Shown piece by piece: positions 1 through 13,816 of a DNA stretch of 64,000 bases. Source of the stretch: Octopus vulgaris (Eukaryota). The notes beneath the pieces are model-generated. The model had not been told where the DNA came from. It worked only from the letters and a program-made list of their open reading frames with translations, and did no database searches. The first letter of the stretch is position 1, and every line of letters starts with the position of its first letter. The stretch lies in the NCBI GenBank assembly GCA_951406725.2, contig OX597823.1:60884001-60948000 (forward strand), read 5' to 3'. The translations under genes and the position numbers were made by a program.

Positions 1-93
1 CTTTTGTAGAGAATGGCTGAGAGTCATTTAAATTAAAACTTAATTATCAACATCAATTTGTGTATGTTTGCATATCACACACATACTCACACA

Positions 94-127
<34 letters not shown>

Positions 128-3030
128 TATATACACATACATACACACAGGTATGTAGGTACGTATGTATGTGTGTATGAAGCAAGCAAGAAATAATTTT
201 TCAAATCTTTAGTCTTGTGAATATTATAGTTAGTGAGAAATGTTCAATGCCAATATTGTTTTTGAACAATGTTATTGTAGTACTAAACATTCTTGGCTGC
301 ACTATGCCACTTAGTCAACAGTTACAAGTTATGGCCTACTGACCCTATTATCTTGAATATGATATCTAGGCATTTTGCCAATAGAAGATATCTTTGACAG
401 CATATCAGGAACAATTTCATTTCATGTTGCAGACATCATATCTAAATTGATTGTAGTGGTTGAGCTTTCTTTCTTAATAAAAATAGCTCTATTCTACTGC
501 TCCATTTCCAATAGCACTTGCATCCTGCATTTCCCCCTCTCACTCCAGAGCTGATTATTTAAAGAGCATCTCTATTAGATAAATGAAATAGTCTTCATTC
601 TTTTTATCTTCACCTTCCTGAAGGTGTCTGGTTTTTGCTTTTTCTATAATGTCATATAGTGGCTGAATAGTTAGTATGATGGTCTATTGATTCCGAGTTG
701 CTGAACTTTAAACCCTGTAATGGGCATTGTATAACCCTCACTTGATCTGCTTGAAATATGTAGTAACTTTCTCTTTTATGATTGAGTGTTGTTAGGGAGA
801 ACACCTAAGCTATAAACGATTTCCTTCAATAATTCAAGCATATTATTGTATGGTTTCATAAATCCAAACATTTTTTCCTGAATTATTGGGGCTAATAGTT
901 ATATACTATATAACTGCAGGCTCTTCCAAATGTCATTTCTGTATACCTTGTATGTGAGCATTTTGCTTGTTTACCAGCTTGCTACTGTGAAACATTTAAG
1001 AGTTCTCAAGACAGCATTTGTACCTGTGACCACCAGTCAAATATTCAAACTAGCCAGTCGTGTCATCTGTTTAGAACTCTAGTAAGACAGAAGATATATA
1101 TATATAGCAAATTTTTAGTAGTGGGTTGTTTTCTACAGTGAACAAACAGATCAACATTCTTTTGACCTTTTCGTTTGTAAGTTTCCATAATTCTTTGTTA
1201 CATGCAATTGGTTCTAATAGAAAAAACTGTGACAACTAATCCATGAATTCTCATTTATCTACACTGTGTATGATGAGTAAGATTCTGTATTGTATATAAG
1301 TTGAGTTTAGAAAGTGATTTTAGAATTGATCTAGATTTGCTCTGAATATAATTTGGATGATGAGAGAAACCGAAATGTTTACAAGAACTACTGCTTGTAT
1401 TTTATAGCTAATTATCTCTAAATAACATGTAGGAACATGGCTAAGGCTACATGTGAGAATGAAGTAATTTTTCTTTTTCCAAAAGAATACTCGTACTGTC
1501 TGCTGTCTGGGAATTATATTAATTACCTTTGAAAATAGTTATTGTAATGACTTCATAAATGAATATTTCGATGAAAAATATCTTGGTAACCTAAATGTTT
1601 AAGCACCAGACCTATTTTGAAGCATATATTAAGAAATATATGGTGTAAAATGTTTTTGAAAATAGTTGTAAACATGTCTGTATATAAAGACACCAGTGGT
1701 AGATATGATTTTTTTTTTTGGAGATGCAAGTGTGGCTCTCTGGTTTTAAAGTTCACTTCATAACCCCTTGGTTTCAGGTTCCATTCCATTATGTAACTTC
1801 ATAGCCAGGTGACTTCCACTATAACTCTGGGCTAGCAAATTTCTTAGGTTTGAAATTTGGTAGATGGAAAGTTTTCTGAAGCCCAGAGAGGGAGAGAGAG
1901 AAAGTGTGTGTGTAAATGTTTACTCATGTCTTTGCAGTATCACTAATTGAATGAAGTCAAGGACAGTATTTACTTTCCTTATGAATAATATGTCCTATAG
2001 TTCTTCAGTGTCACCTGTTTTCTGTGAAGTGAAGTTGAATGTATATACCTTATTCAAAAAACCAAGTAAGGGCTGCCAATAGGCAGGGCATCCAGCTACA
2101 GAATACTGCCTAAATAATTCGTGCCACCCATGCTTGTACAGAAAAAGTTGACGCTTAGACAATGATGATGATGGTGGAAGTGAAAGTGACTGTGGCAATG
2201 TGAATGGCTGCCATCCAACAACAAATCTATAAGCAGAATCCTAGAACTACTCAATTTCACTATTGTCAGGAACCTGTTGAGGTAATTACATCATCCTCAA
2301 TTTTCTGCAGCCCCATTTGAGGAACCCTTAACTTGGTAGCTTAATGTGCTAAAAGTAACAGCAACCAAATTTTCCTCCATTCAGATTTGTATTGCTGTTA
2401 GATTTCTACAGAGACTTTCCCCCACCCCCGGTATCAGAAGTGGTCAGAGCCAGGAGACTCTGTTTTGCTGGGCACTGTTACTGGGCAAGGAATGTGTTAC
2501 TCTGGTGATGAACATTGAATCTTAGGTTCTGTAGGCCTAGGTTAAAAACAGGTTGGTCATGGTTGGAATGCTTTCATCATAGGTTTGTTTGAGTGGGGTT
2601 GATGTGGAGCTAAATAATGGTAACAACTGCTCACTCATGTAAAAAGGATCTGAGAAAGTCTTACCAATGTTTTTGTTCCTGAATTGTGATTCTTTAGAAT
2701 TTCCTATTCCCTCTAACTATTTACCCGCAGATTTTCAAAGTGAACATAATTCCCATTAACTTCACCCAGGAATGGCAGTGCAACTATGAAGCTTGCTGCT
2801 TCACAACCAAATGGTTCCTGTTCAATTCCACTGCATGGTCCCTCAGGCTAGTGTCATTTTTGTACCATAGACTCATTTCTGCCTTGTGAGAGGAATTCAG
2901 TTGACAGACATAGTGTAGAGGCCTGTCATTTATACAACTAATAATCATTATTGGATTTCACAGTTCAATACTGCAATACTGTACACACACATACAATGAC
3001 GGGCTTATATATAACATAATAACCCTAAAA

Positions 3031-3257
3031 CTGGCAACCTGGCAGAATCGTTAGCATGCTGGTGAAGGTCCTTAGCAGCATTTTGTCTGCCCTTACATTC
3101 TGAGTTCAAATTCTGCTGAGGTCGACTCTGCCTTTCATCCTTTTAGCGTCAACAAAATAAGTACCAGTGGAACACTGGTGTTAATGTAATTGGCTTACCC
3201 CATCCCCCAAAATTTCAGGCTTTGTGCCTATGGTAGAAAGATAGTAGAAAGAATATT
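3031..3257 (+). mobile_element. SINE family A
   Basis: CTGGCAGAATCGTTAGC..GAGTTCAAATTC..CCTTTCATCCTTT..AGTACCAG..GTGCCTATGGTAGAAAG. Confidence 0.85.
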
Positions 3258-3389
3258 GCATTATAACACACATGTGACTGTGCGGGAGACCCGTGTGAAT
3301 ATACAACGGTGGGATTTTAACAGGGTTAACAACAAGAGCCAAAACCTGAATGGGATAATTGTTGAATCCTTAGTGCATCCAAGCATACA

Positions 3390-3432
<43 letters not shown>

Positions 3433-5848
3433 TCTACTCAAACGTAAAAAGTCTGTGGGTACTGTTTGCCTTTAAAAAGAAAAAAAAAAGTTTAACCATC
3501 AATTCAAGCTGGAATCTAACAAACTATAATTTTAAATGAAAGTTTCAACCTTTTATAACAATATTTGTACCTTAATGTATTTCTTGACAGAAAACAAGAT
3601 ATATTATTTATATTTTAGCTAATGTAGCATTAACTGTCTTCTAAATGTAATGTATAGGAATAACCAATGGAAATATAAAAGGCATAAACAAACATTAAAA
3701 AGTATACCGAATAAAACAGAAAAAAAAATATAAAACTTTTTTTTATTAAAATCTATATTTAAGAAGACCCCACCCTCTTTATATTTCTTATAAAATTTTA
3801 TAAACATTCTGCTCTTTTTTTTTTTGTTTTTTGATTCTTTCTATGGAAATCTCTTATTCAGTGATAAAATACTATATCAATATTTCATGTTACTTTTAAA
3901 TTATCGGATATGTTTGAGTTAAATATTTATTTAATGTCTAAACTTTAATGTCATAGCACATTTGGCATTGTGAAAATAAAATTCTGGTAAAAGCTGTAGA
4001 GTATAAATCATTACTTTTCGATGTGTATTTTTATGACGTTCTACTAAATTTCTCTCAAATTAGAAAGTACTTTTCACTACTCAATACATATAACGAAAAG
4101 TTCTTTTTTGTTTTTTTTTTTTCTTTTCTGTTTCAAACAATTTATCGATGTTTACTCAGCTTATTCAATCTTTAAGCAGTTTTAACTTGTAGACTTTTAC
4201 TTATACAAAAATTTAATTATTAATTTGCACTTTCCAAAATAGTAATTGTTAACCAGTTATTCATGTAAAAAGCTTTTGTTATTTTATTCATAAGCATTTA
4301 ATAGATTTTTATGTGAAGGGAATAAGTGATATTTATCATAAAGTCTCCACTTTATTGAACTGAAAATAATAATGTAATTATACCTCATTCATCAATATTT
4401 TCCTTTTTTTTCCCCCACCTTATATGTCTGTTATATCATTCTCATACTATTTTTTTTCTGCTTGCCTCTTCCATTAGTTTCAATCCAATATTTGTTTGCA
4501 CATATGTCAAAATTATAACATTAAGTTCCTTGTCTTCTACATTAGTATTATAGTGTAATAATTTTCTGCTATATATCAAATGTGTTGATGGGAAAAAGTT
4601 TGTTAATGGTGCTCAATACACCATCAATATAATTTTACTAAGTGTATAAATCATTTACATATAAGCTTTCATTTCCTTTGTCCCAACTAAATAACACTAT
4701 CTTTACAAATATAAGTGAATCAAGAAAAGCATTGCCTGGTAATTTTCTTTGCTCGATTTATAGTTTACTTTTGTTATGTATCTGGTTTACATTTCATTTC
4801 ATTTCATTTTTTTTTTTTGTCACTTTCATTTTTTATTTATTTATTTGTTTGTTTAATAATTTTAACAGTTCTGCTTTCCACATGAAAATCATGTAACATC
4901 AAGTGAAAATCTTTGGTGTATTTTAGGATATTTTATTTTCAGCAGCGGACAACCAAAGTTTATGCTTCCATTCTTTCTTCTCCTACAAAAAAAAAAAAAA
5001 AAATTTAAAAAAAAGAAGAAAAAAAAAAGAAATGAAAAATTTTTGAAAAACCAGTTTTGTATAGATTTGATAAAGTAATATATTTTGTCTCATTCTTTGT
5101 TCTTTTTTAAAAGAAATCTTTCACTGTGAATATTATTTCCATTGATTTCTGAAATATTAGTAGTTTTAGAAGCATAAACATACACATTTTCATGTAAGAC
5201 TATTCATATTTAAATACATGGAATGAAAACGAGTCCTGTTTATAGTCATATGGCTTTATATTCATTGTTTCATGTTTACAATTGTAATAATATTTTACAT
5301 GAATCTCTGAATCTTTTGGGTTTATTTTTTTTTTTTAGAAAAAAAATCTTCAAAGAATTTTCACACAATCTTTTAGCTTATGTGGTGTGTTAATTGACTA
5401 TGGAAACTAATTTGTTGACTTTATTGACACTGTTACTGCAAACATTTTTAAGAATACATAAATAAATAAATAATAAAAGCAACAGTGAATCGTTATTTTC
5501 CCCAACTGTTTTGCGGTATAGACAGACATTGTACAATCGTTGGCATCACATCTAAGATTACCCATGCAGTCAAATAACTAAAGAATAAGTTAGCAAGGGA
5601 GCCTCTAAATAATCATTTTACATGCTAGAAATAACCACCAGATGCCCCTCCATGACACACTCTACCTTTTATAGACAGTGGGGACAAATTGGATACTAAC
5701 AACAACAACATCATCATCATCATCATCATCTTCATCTTCATCATCATCATCATAATGTCTACTTTCATGGGTCAGATTGAGTTTATTCAGGTAAATTTTC
5801 TACAGCTACATGTCCTTCCTATCCCAGCCCTCTCCTGTTTCTCCATTG

Positions 5849-6080
5849 TGGAAGCACATGGCTTAGTGGTTAGGGTATTGGACTCGTGATTGTAAGGTTG
5901 TGGTTTTCATTCCTGGTCCAGGTGATGTGTTATGTTCTTGAGCAAAGCACTTCGCTCCAGTCCACTCAGCTGGCAAAAGTGAGTAATTCTGCAACAGACT
6001 GGCTTCCCATCCAGGTGGAGAATATCTACACCATGAAACCGGGAGACCCAGCACTTATGAGTTGGTACGATTCAAGAAGG
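5849..6080 (+). mobile_element. SINE family C (tRNA-derived)
   Basis: GGCTTAGTGGTTAGGG..GGACTCGTGAT..CTTGAGCAAAGCAC..CTCCAGTCCACTCAGCTG. Confidence 0.8.
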
Positions 6081-6730
6081 TAACTGTACCTGTTTCTCCA
6101 TGGCCAGACCTGTTCTCGCAGAATGATTGTGACAATCATTTTACAATTATTACATGATGTCATGACGAGGAGACACAAACATACACTCATGCACATGAGC
6201 ACACACACACAAGTCTGGGCCTATAGTAAAAATCATTTTCCCAAGATACCACACACACTTGTGGTTAGGAAGCTGACTCTTTATCACATGGATGCATTTA
6301 TCTATAATACACAAACCATAATATAGTATGAAAAAATAGAACATAATTCTGCTTGTTTTGAACTGACTTGGGTGGCGGGGTACATTACATTTATATGGAG
6401 TATTCGGGACAATCTATTTCTGCCTATTTGCATTGATAACTTTCAACAAGCTGCATTCTTGTTCTTTTCTGATAGTTCCATTTATTAATCATAGCAATAT
6501 TTACTCTTGGGCTTTGTCAGCTGAACCTAGCCATTCCAACTTGGGTTCCCTCCTCTACTGCTGCTAATTCTTGATTGATTCGATGGTGACAACATGCTCA
6601 TCTGCATTTAGTTGATTCTACAAATACCTAGTCTTCAAATTCTGCTACAGTTGTTTTGTAGACAAAGATGAGTTGCAGCTGATTAGGACAGTCTTCAATG
6701 CCATTGTCATTACTATTTAAGTTAGATAAA

Positions 6731-6956
6731 TGTCAGCCAACTGAATTGTGAGCATCTTGGACAAAATATACTCAGTGGCATTTCTTTTCGCTCTTTATGT
6801 TTTGAGTTCGAATTCTGCCAAGGTTGACTTCACCTTTTGTTCTTTCAGGGTTGATAAAAACGAGTACCTATCAAGTACTAGGGTCGATGTAATTGGCTTC
6901 CCTTCCCTTCCCTTCAAACTGATGGCCAACTGCCAAAATTGGAAAGAATTATTATT
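6731..6956 (+). mobile_element. SINE family A
   Basis: GAGTTCGAATTCTGCCAAGGTTGACTT core and ATT tail. Confidence 0.75.
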
Positions 6957-7184
6957 CAAGTTAGTGAAGTGAACCAGTGCATGTAGTAGACATTGCAGAC
7001 CCTCCCAAACTGATGAGGCTAATGAAATTTATGTTCAACTCAAAAGCGCAATTAATTAGTTTACCACAAGGAATGGCTTTGGGCAGCATTCCTTCTTAGT
7101 GCCATTTATTCCACTCACTTTTAAACCAGTTTATACTCAAAATTGTTGATGGAAATTATCTCTAGGCTCTTTCAATTCATCTGT

Positions 7185-7643
7185 TTAATTGGTGTTCAGC
7201 TTAGGGAAAATGAAGTTAGCAACAGAGTTGTTACAGTTCTGGTGGAGAAAGTTGGGGTAAAGAGTTTTTGTACAGGGTCTGTTGGCTGAAAGAGAGATGC
7301 AGTAGCAGACAGTGCACATGTTGCTACTTTGATATGGTAGAAGCCGTTGTAATAGCAGCAGAAGAAACAGATGGTGAGTGGAGGGGAGGGGCACAGCACA
7401 TCAGTGGGATAGTGGTTGTTGCATGTTGTTGAATGAAGGCTTGCCAGATAATTTGTGTATATTGTGTTGAGACTTTTTACAAACTGAACAGCTGTCCTGT
7501 CCTAGAGTATGAATAGTTGTATGCTAAAGTGGATCATACTTGCAACTTGTTAACAATCAGTAACTGATGAGAGCTGGAGTATTCTTTGATTCTGAAGAGG
7601 AAGCCAAGTCTTTGTGGCTGCTGTTATAGATGCATGCTTGCCA
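7185..7643 (-). mobile_element. Degenerate CR1 (Zenon-like) LINE ORF2 fragment
   Basis: Minus strand reads QRLGFLFRIKEYSSSHQLLIVNKLQV*STLAY and CFFCCYYNG, resembling KLG.L.R...F...LL.LYKAQVRP.LEY and LFYRYYNG. Confidence 0.7.
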
Positions 7644-7661
7644 TGTACATAAAGTCATTAT

Positions 7662-7935
7662 AGGTGCAAGTGTGACTGTGTTGTCAGAAGTTTGCTTTTT
7701 AACCACATGGCTCCAGGTTCAGTCCCATGGTGTGGCACTTTGGGCAGGTGTCTTATAGTTTAGCCTCAAGCTGACCAAAGCCTTGTGAGTGGATTTAGTA
7801 CACAGAGACTGAAAAAAACCTGTCGTGTGTGTATGTATGTGTGTGTGTGTGTCTGTATTTGTCCCTCCACCACTGCTTGACAACTGGTGTTAGTTTATTT
7901 ACATCCCTGCAGTTTAGCAATTTGGATTGATATTG
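7662..7935 (+). mobile_element. SINE family B (3' truncated)
   Basis: AACCACATGG..GGTTCAGTCCC..TTGGGCAGGTGTCTT..GCCTTGTGAGTGGATTT. Confidence 0.8.
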
Positions 7936-8075
7936 AGAGATAGAGCAGGGATCAACAAACAAGGTGTATTAAGAAAAATGGAAGAGTCTTTGACATTACA
8001 AGTCTACACATTTCTTCAAAAAGGAAGGGGAGGAGAAAAATGGAAGGAGAGAGAAAAAAAACGTGTCTAGATTAA

Positions 8076-8238
8076 CCCTATAGCATTCAAATTATTCAGT
8101 CAAATGAATTTCCTATTTATCCACATTGTTTTGAAATAATCAGGCATTATCTAGTAGCTTTGAGATTTCAATGATGTGACTGTTTATTTTTAGAATAACA
8201 TTGTAGGGTAGGTGTGAGAGCCTGGATCTGACTGAGTT
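8076..8238 (-). mobile_element. MITE family 2, truncated at junction with a CR1 fragment
   Basis: TTAA|CCCTATAGCATTC..TTGTAGGGTAGGTGTGAGAG; second TIR missing. Confidence 0.7.
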
Positions 8239-8510
8239 GTGTCTAACACACGTGGACATGCCTACAAAGTCAGAAAACAGCTCAGCTCCCAAGACTTTCG
8301 CAAACATTTTTACACACTCAGAGTTGCTGAAGCAAGGTACAAACTACCTGCATCAGTTGTTAGTTGCCAAGACATTGCATCCTTTAAAACCTCCATGCTT
8401 CCTGAAATTTGCCAACACTACACCTGATATCCTGCCCCTCCATATGCATGCACACATGTATATCTTGACTCATATACTGTTCACTTTCCCAACTTTTGTA
8501 CATAATTCTA
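8239..8510 (+). mobile_element. CR1-clade LINE 3' end (ORF2 C-terminus plus 3' UTR)
   Basis: TRGHAYKVRK..RKHFYTLRVAE..KLPASVV..ASFK matches the CR1 ORF2 C-terminal pattern TRGH..K..R..FF..RV..WN.LP..VV..FK. Confidence 0.85.
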
Positions 8511-8512
8511 TA

Positions 8513-8715
8513 CTCTTACTCTTTTACTTGTTTCAGTAGTTTGACTGCGGCCATGCTGGAGCACCGTCTTTAGTCGAGCAAATCGACGCCGGGACTTATT
8601 CTTTGTAAGCCCAATACTTATTCTATCGGTCTCTTTTGCCGAAACGCTAAGTGACAGGGACGTAAACAAACCAGCATCGGTTGTCAAGCAATGCTAGAGG
8701 GACAAACACAGACAC
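8513..8715 (-). mobile_element. SINE family B, 3' half
   Basis: TTTTACTTGTTTCAGT..TGACTGCGGCCATGCTGGAGCACC..TTATTCTATCGGTCTC. Confidence 0.8.
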
Positions 8716-8737
8716 TCAAACATATACACACACGTAC

Positions 8738-8772
<35 letters not shown>

Positions 8773-8773
8773 C

Positions 8774-8963
8774 GACTGGCCTGGTGCCGGTGGCACGTTA
8801 TAGGCACCATCCGTTCGTGGCCGTTGCCAGCGCCGCCCCGACTGGCCTCGTGCTGGTGGCACGTAAAAAGGCACCATCCGTTCATGGCCATTGCCAGCCT
8901 CGCCTGGCCCCCTTGCCGGTGGCACGTAAAAGGCACCATCCGTTCGTGGCCGTTGCCAGCCTC
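8774..8963. repeat. GC-rich minisatellite, 3 units of ~60-66 bp
   Basis: GGTGGCACGT..AGGCACCATCCGTTC.TGGCC.TTGCCAGC three times. Confidence 0.9.
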
Positions 8964-9366
8964 TCTATTAAGGGTGCTATGACCATATTTCTGATAAAAT
9001 ATTCTGCTTTACATGACTTGAAAATAATTACTCCTGGAAAATCTCTGTCAAATAATTATTTCATTATTTAGCTGGTGTGTGATATAAGTAGGTTGGTATA
9101 AGATTTAAAATAAATAAATAAATAAAAGAGAAAAGCAAAAAAGAAGAGTCTGTTTGTTCCTAACAGACATTGATGATGATGATGATGATAAAAATTCTTG
9201 GAACTTCTATACTTTCACCTTAATTACTATGTCATCATTAGTTCCATATCTCGGAATGGTTATAATATTACTACACAGTAGCCAGTCATGTAGCAACTGA
9301 ATCACCTAAACTTCTAAGCTTTATCATTTTGCCATTTACTCCCATTGTTTACTAAACTCACACATG

Positions 9367-9507
<141 letters not shown>

Positions 9508-10112
9508 CGTCTTCTTCAAAGATAACAAATTGCTTGTTTCTACTGCGATTATTGCTGAATATTGGATTAACATTCAGGAATTACAAGATTTTGCTCATCA
9601 CTTCTTTAAAGTATCTGTAGCATCAGAATCTGGGGTTGGTGGGGAGAATAATGATGCAAACAAGAAGAGTCCAATCAAATTCACACACTTTTCGCCAACT
9701 GAGACAACACACATATGTATGCACACACACACATACATGCACACACATCACAGACATAAGATTTCTAATATGAAATTGGGCTATTACAGCACCAATTGAT
9801 CAAGAATAGAGGGATAAACCCATTGGTGGGACTCTTTTGTGCCAGAAATTGGTTCTTATAATGTTTTATATCAACATATGTGTGCAGACATACTTGTTTG
9901 TGTTTGTGTGTGTCTATGTTAATTTTTGGAGGTATAGGTTTAATTGACATGCATATATAAATCTCGCTATTGCAAATAGACTCTCAGCAAGGCTTAAATG
10001 TCTGTTCATTAGACATATGTTAGATCGAGAATTTACCCATGTATTTTGTGTCAGTATTTTAATTAATTAATATATGTGCCATAAATGTGCAGATATGCGA
10101 ATTTAGTAAAAG

Positions 10113-10265
10113 TAATGCACCCACTACACTCACAGAGTGGTTGGCGTTAGGAAACATTGCCAGATCAGACTGGGCCTGGTGCAGCCTTCTGGCTTCCCAG
10201 ATCCCAGTTGAACCATCCAACCCATGCTAGCATGGAAAGCGGATGCTAAACGATGATAATGATGA
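10113..10265 (+). mobile_element. Retroposon 3' end with (GAT)n tail, probably RTE-related (others ~2040-2175 +, ~18813-19030 +, ~19858-19965 -, ~52253-52435 -)
   Basis: CCAACCCATGCTAGCATGGAAAGCGGA..AAACGATGAT recurs in both orientations. Confidence 0.65.
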
Positions 10266-10397
10266 ATGCCTGTTATTCGTAGTGTATTTTGAGAAGTAAA
10301 CCTTGCAAAAATTAATGAAGCTGTTTGGTTTGTTTTGCAGAAATTGAGAGAGAGAGCCCTGTGGTTTGACTTCAGATTCTCTTTTCGATGGTGAGGT

Positions 10398-10710
10398 TAA
10401 ATGTATGTTTATTAAAGGTTTGTTTGTTGCTTCTCGAGCCATGCCTGGCTCATAGGGCTGATTTCCTGGTTTCCTTGGTGTGTATAGGTTCCCCACCTGG
10501 ATGGGACGCTGGTCCGTCGCAGGTGAGCTGAAAGAGTGAGAGGAAGTTGTGGCGAAAGAGTCAGCAGAAGTTTGCCATTACCTTCTGCTAGAGCCGTGTG
10601 GAGCTTAGGTATTTCGCTCATAAACACAAGCATCGCCCGGTCTGAGATTCGAACCCACGATCCCTCGACCACGAGTCCGCTGCTGTAACCACTAGGCCAT
10701 GTGCCTCCAC
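10398..10710 (-). mobile_element. SINE family C-related
   Basis: GAGATTCGAACC (B box, minus) and AACCACTAGGCCATGTGCCTCC (A box, minus). Confidence 0.8.
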
Positions 10711-10871
10711 TTGTTAAAGGTACATATATGTAAACATATTTACTATCTTAAAAGTCTGTATGTGTATCATGTTTGTCTGTGTGTGTGTATGTGTATATAT
10801 ACTCACACATATATAAATAATGTGTATGCCAACGTGGAAAGCAGATGTTAAGCGATGATGATGATATATAT

Positions 10872-11176
10872 GTGAAGGCTTGTGGCATAGTGGTTGGAAT
10901 ATTTGCCTCACGATCATAAAGGTCATGAGTTCAGTTACCTGTGATGGCTGTGTCCTTGAGCAAGACACTTTATTTTCACGTTACTCCAATCCACTCAGCT
11001 GACAGAAATGAGTAGTACCTGTATTTTAAAAGAGCCAGCCTTGTCACACCCTGTCTCATGCTGAATGTTCCCTGAGAATGTGTCTGTGGAGTGCTCAGCC
11101 ACTTGCATGTTAATTTCATGAGCACGCTGTTCTGTTGATCATATCAGCTGGGACCCTTGTTGTCGTAACCATCAGA
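10872..11176 (+). mobile_element. SINE family C
   Basis: GTGAAGGCTTGTGGCATAGTGGTT..CTTGAGCAAGACACTT..CCACTCAGCTG..GTGCTCAGCCACTTGCA. Confidence 0.8.
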
Positions 11177-11224
11177 GTACTCCTCTCTCTCTTTTTTTTT
11201 TCTCTCTCTCTCTCTCTCTCTCAA

Positions 11225-11342
11225 TATATATATATGTATATGTATATACGTATATGTATATATGTATATATATGTATGTATGTATATATATATGTGTATA
11301 TATATATATATATATGTATGTATATATATATATATATATATG

Positions 11343-11393
<51 letters not shown>

Positions 11394-11588
11394 GTGTATG
11401 TATGTATGTATATGTATGTATGTATATGTATGTATGTATGTATATGTATGTATGTATATGTATGTATGTGTATATATGTATGTATGTATGTATGTATATA
11501 TATGTATGTATATATGTATGTATGTATATATATATGTATGTATGTATGTATACATATGTATATATATATATATATGTATGTATGTATG

Positions 11589-11621
<33 letters not shown>
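11225..11621. repeat. TA/TATG compound microsatellite
   Basis: Direct reading. Confidence 0.97.
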
Positions 11622-11624
<3 letters not shown>

Positions 11625-11633
11625 TATATATTT

Positions 11634-11802
11634 ACATGTGTGGCTGTGTAGTAAGAAGCTGGCTTCCCTACCACATTGTTCTGGGTTCAGTCCTACTGTG
11701 TGGAACCTAGAGAAAGTGTCTTCAACTATAGCCTTGGCTGACCAAAGCTTTGTGAGTGGATTTGGTAGACAGACTCTGAAAGAAGCCTGTTTTATATATG
11801 TT

Positions 11803-11837
<35 letters not shown>

Positions 11838-12062
11838 ATATGCACACACCTGTGTTTGTCCCCCCCACTGGCACTTGATGACCGGTGTTGATGTGTTTAC
11901 ATCCTCATAACTTACCTGTCTGACATAAGAGACTGATAAAATAAGTACTAGGCTTAACAAAAAAAATAAGTCCTGGGGATCGATTTGTTTGACTAAAACT
12001 CTTTCAAGTGATGCCCCTGTATAGCCTCAGTCTGATGGCTGAAACAAGCAAAAAATAAAAGA
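11634..12062 (+). mobile_element. SINE family B (tRNA head, CORE-like segment, internal TG/TA microsatellite), near full length
   Basis: GTGGCTGTGTAGTAAGAAGCT..GGGTTCAGTCC..GTGAGTGGATTTGGTAGAC..(TG)n..AGTACTAGGCTT..CTGAAACAAG. Confidence 0.85.
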
Positions 12063-13759
12063 TATAGTATAAACATGTGTTTATATATGTGATGGATGCA
12101 AATTTTTAAATGTGTGAGTGTTTGTATAGTGGGAGAGAAAGTATGCATATTATGTGTGTATGTATGTGTACATGTTGTAATGACCCCCCTTTTCCATGCT
12201 TGCACGGGTCAGACAGAGTTCATTGAGGTGGATTTTCCATAGCCAGAAGCCCTTCTTGCTGACAGCCCTTGCACTTATTTCGAAACAATGTATTTCCCTA
12301 TGGCTGAACGTATCTTCACTGCGGATTGATTATAAACACCACTACTCATACAACTGTGACACTCATTTACAATTTTCACACCCTATCAAGACAAGCAGAC
12401 ACACGGACACACGCACACTCACACACACATACACACATACAATGAACTTAGGTAGATGCTATATGCAGTGTCTCTAAATAAAAAGTGATTATGGTAGAAG
12501 ATACGCGTGACCTGCTGCATACAACCTTTCCACTGATGTTGGCACAATAAAATGCACTTAGTGAACATAATAAAATGGTAGGTGATAAAAATGGCGGTAG
12601 TTATAATTAATAATAAAAAAAAAAAAAAAGTAGGGATGGATGAAGGAATGTAGAAAGTTTAAAATCAGCATACTGCTGCACTGGCAACTTATAAAGGTGG
12701 TGGGTGGTTACTCTAAAACTTGATTTAGAGTAGAGGACGTTCCTGTATTCTTGTTTCTTGTGCTGGTATCGTTACAGAATGAACTCCGGCCACTTTGTAA
12801 AGTGGTTGGTGATAGGAAATTCTAACAGTTAAATTCTTGTAGAAAGGAAAATTAAAAGAAACAACAGAGAAAGGTACACACGCACACATACATACAGAGT
12901 GTTTGAATGTGGTTCTTTCTCAGTTGGTGTGTATGGGATGTCAAAATTTTGTGACAGGCAATGATGAGATGTGGAACTAATCTAACCTGTGTAAATTTAT
13001 GGTAAAATGTTGAAAATATATATGTATGTGTATATACACAGGAAGGGGTGCTGAAAAGTTCCTGGCTTTAAGGACAGCATAAACTGTCTGCTTCAAGATT
13101 TGATCTCATGACCTTATGATTTGGCAGTTGAATATATTAGCTACTAGGCTACATATCTTCACACACACACATATACACAGGTGTGTTACTTTTTGTGTAC
13201 GTATGTGTGTGTATATTTATATATATATATATATATATATATGAAGGCAAGTGTATGCATATATGAATATATATACACATGTGTGTAAACGTGTATGCAT
13301 ACGTGTAGGTATGTATGTACACATGCACGCATAGAGATATGTTACACACACAATATATGTGTGTATGTTAAATGCACATTATGTATAATTATTTGTGTCT
13401 TTGTTGTTCTTTGACAAATGAGAAATTGTAATCATCCATTCTTCTAATGTCTATAATGCATTTACTTTTTTTTTATATATATATTTCTATGTTTTTTTTT
13501 TGTTTTTTTTTGTCTGTAAGTTATAATTCAGCCCATTTAATAAGATTATTGTTGAAGTTATGTTATTTTGAGAATGCTTACTGTTATGGTTGAGTTTAAT
13601 ATACGAACATAATTTTGGAGAGATTTGGAATTAAGATGGTATTGGAAATTTGCCAAAGTCATGTATTATTAATGGACTTCACACTTTGGTCTCCATTCAA
13701 ACTTATTCGTATTGAGCCAACTCAAGACACAATTAATGATTTATATTATGTTTTTGTTT

Positions 13760-13816
<57 letters not shown>

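Noticed and set aside
978-1081. Possible exon (TTACCAG|..CTA|GTAAGA) open in two frames
   Set aside because: No recognisable protein and modest splice sites
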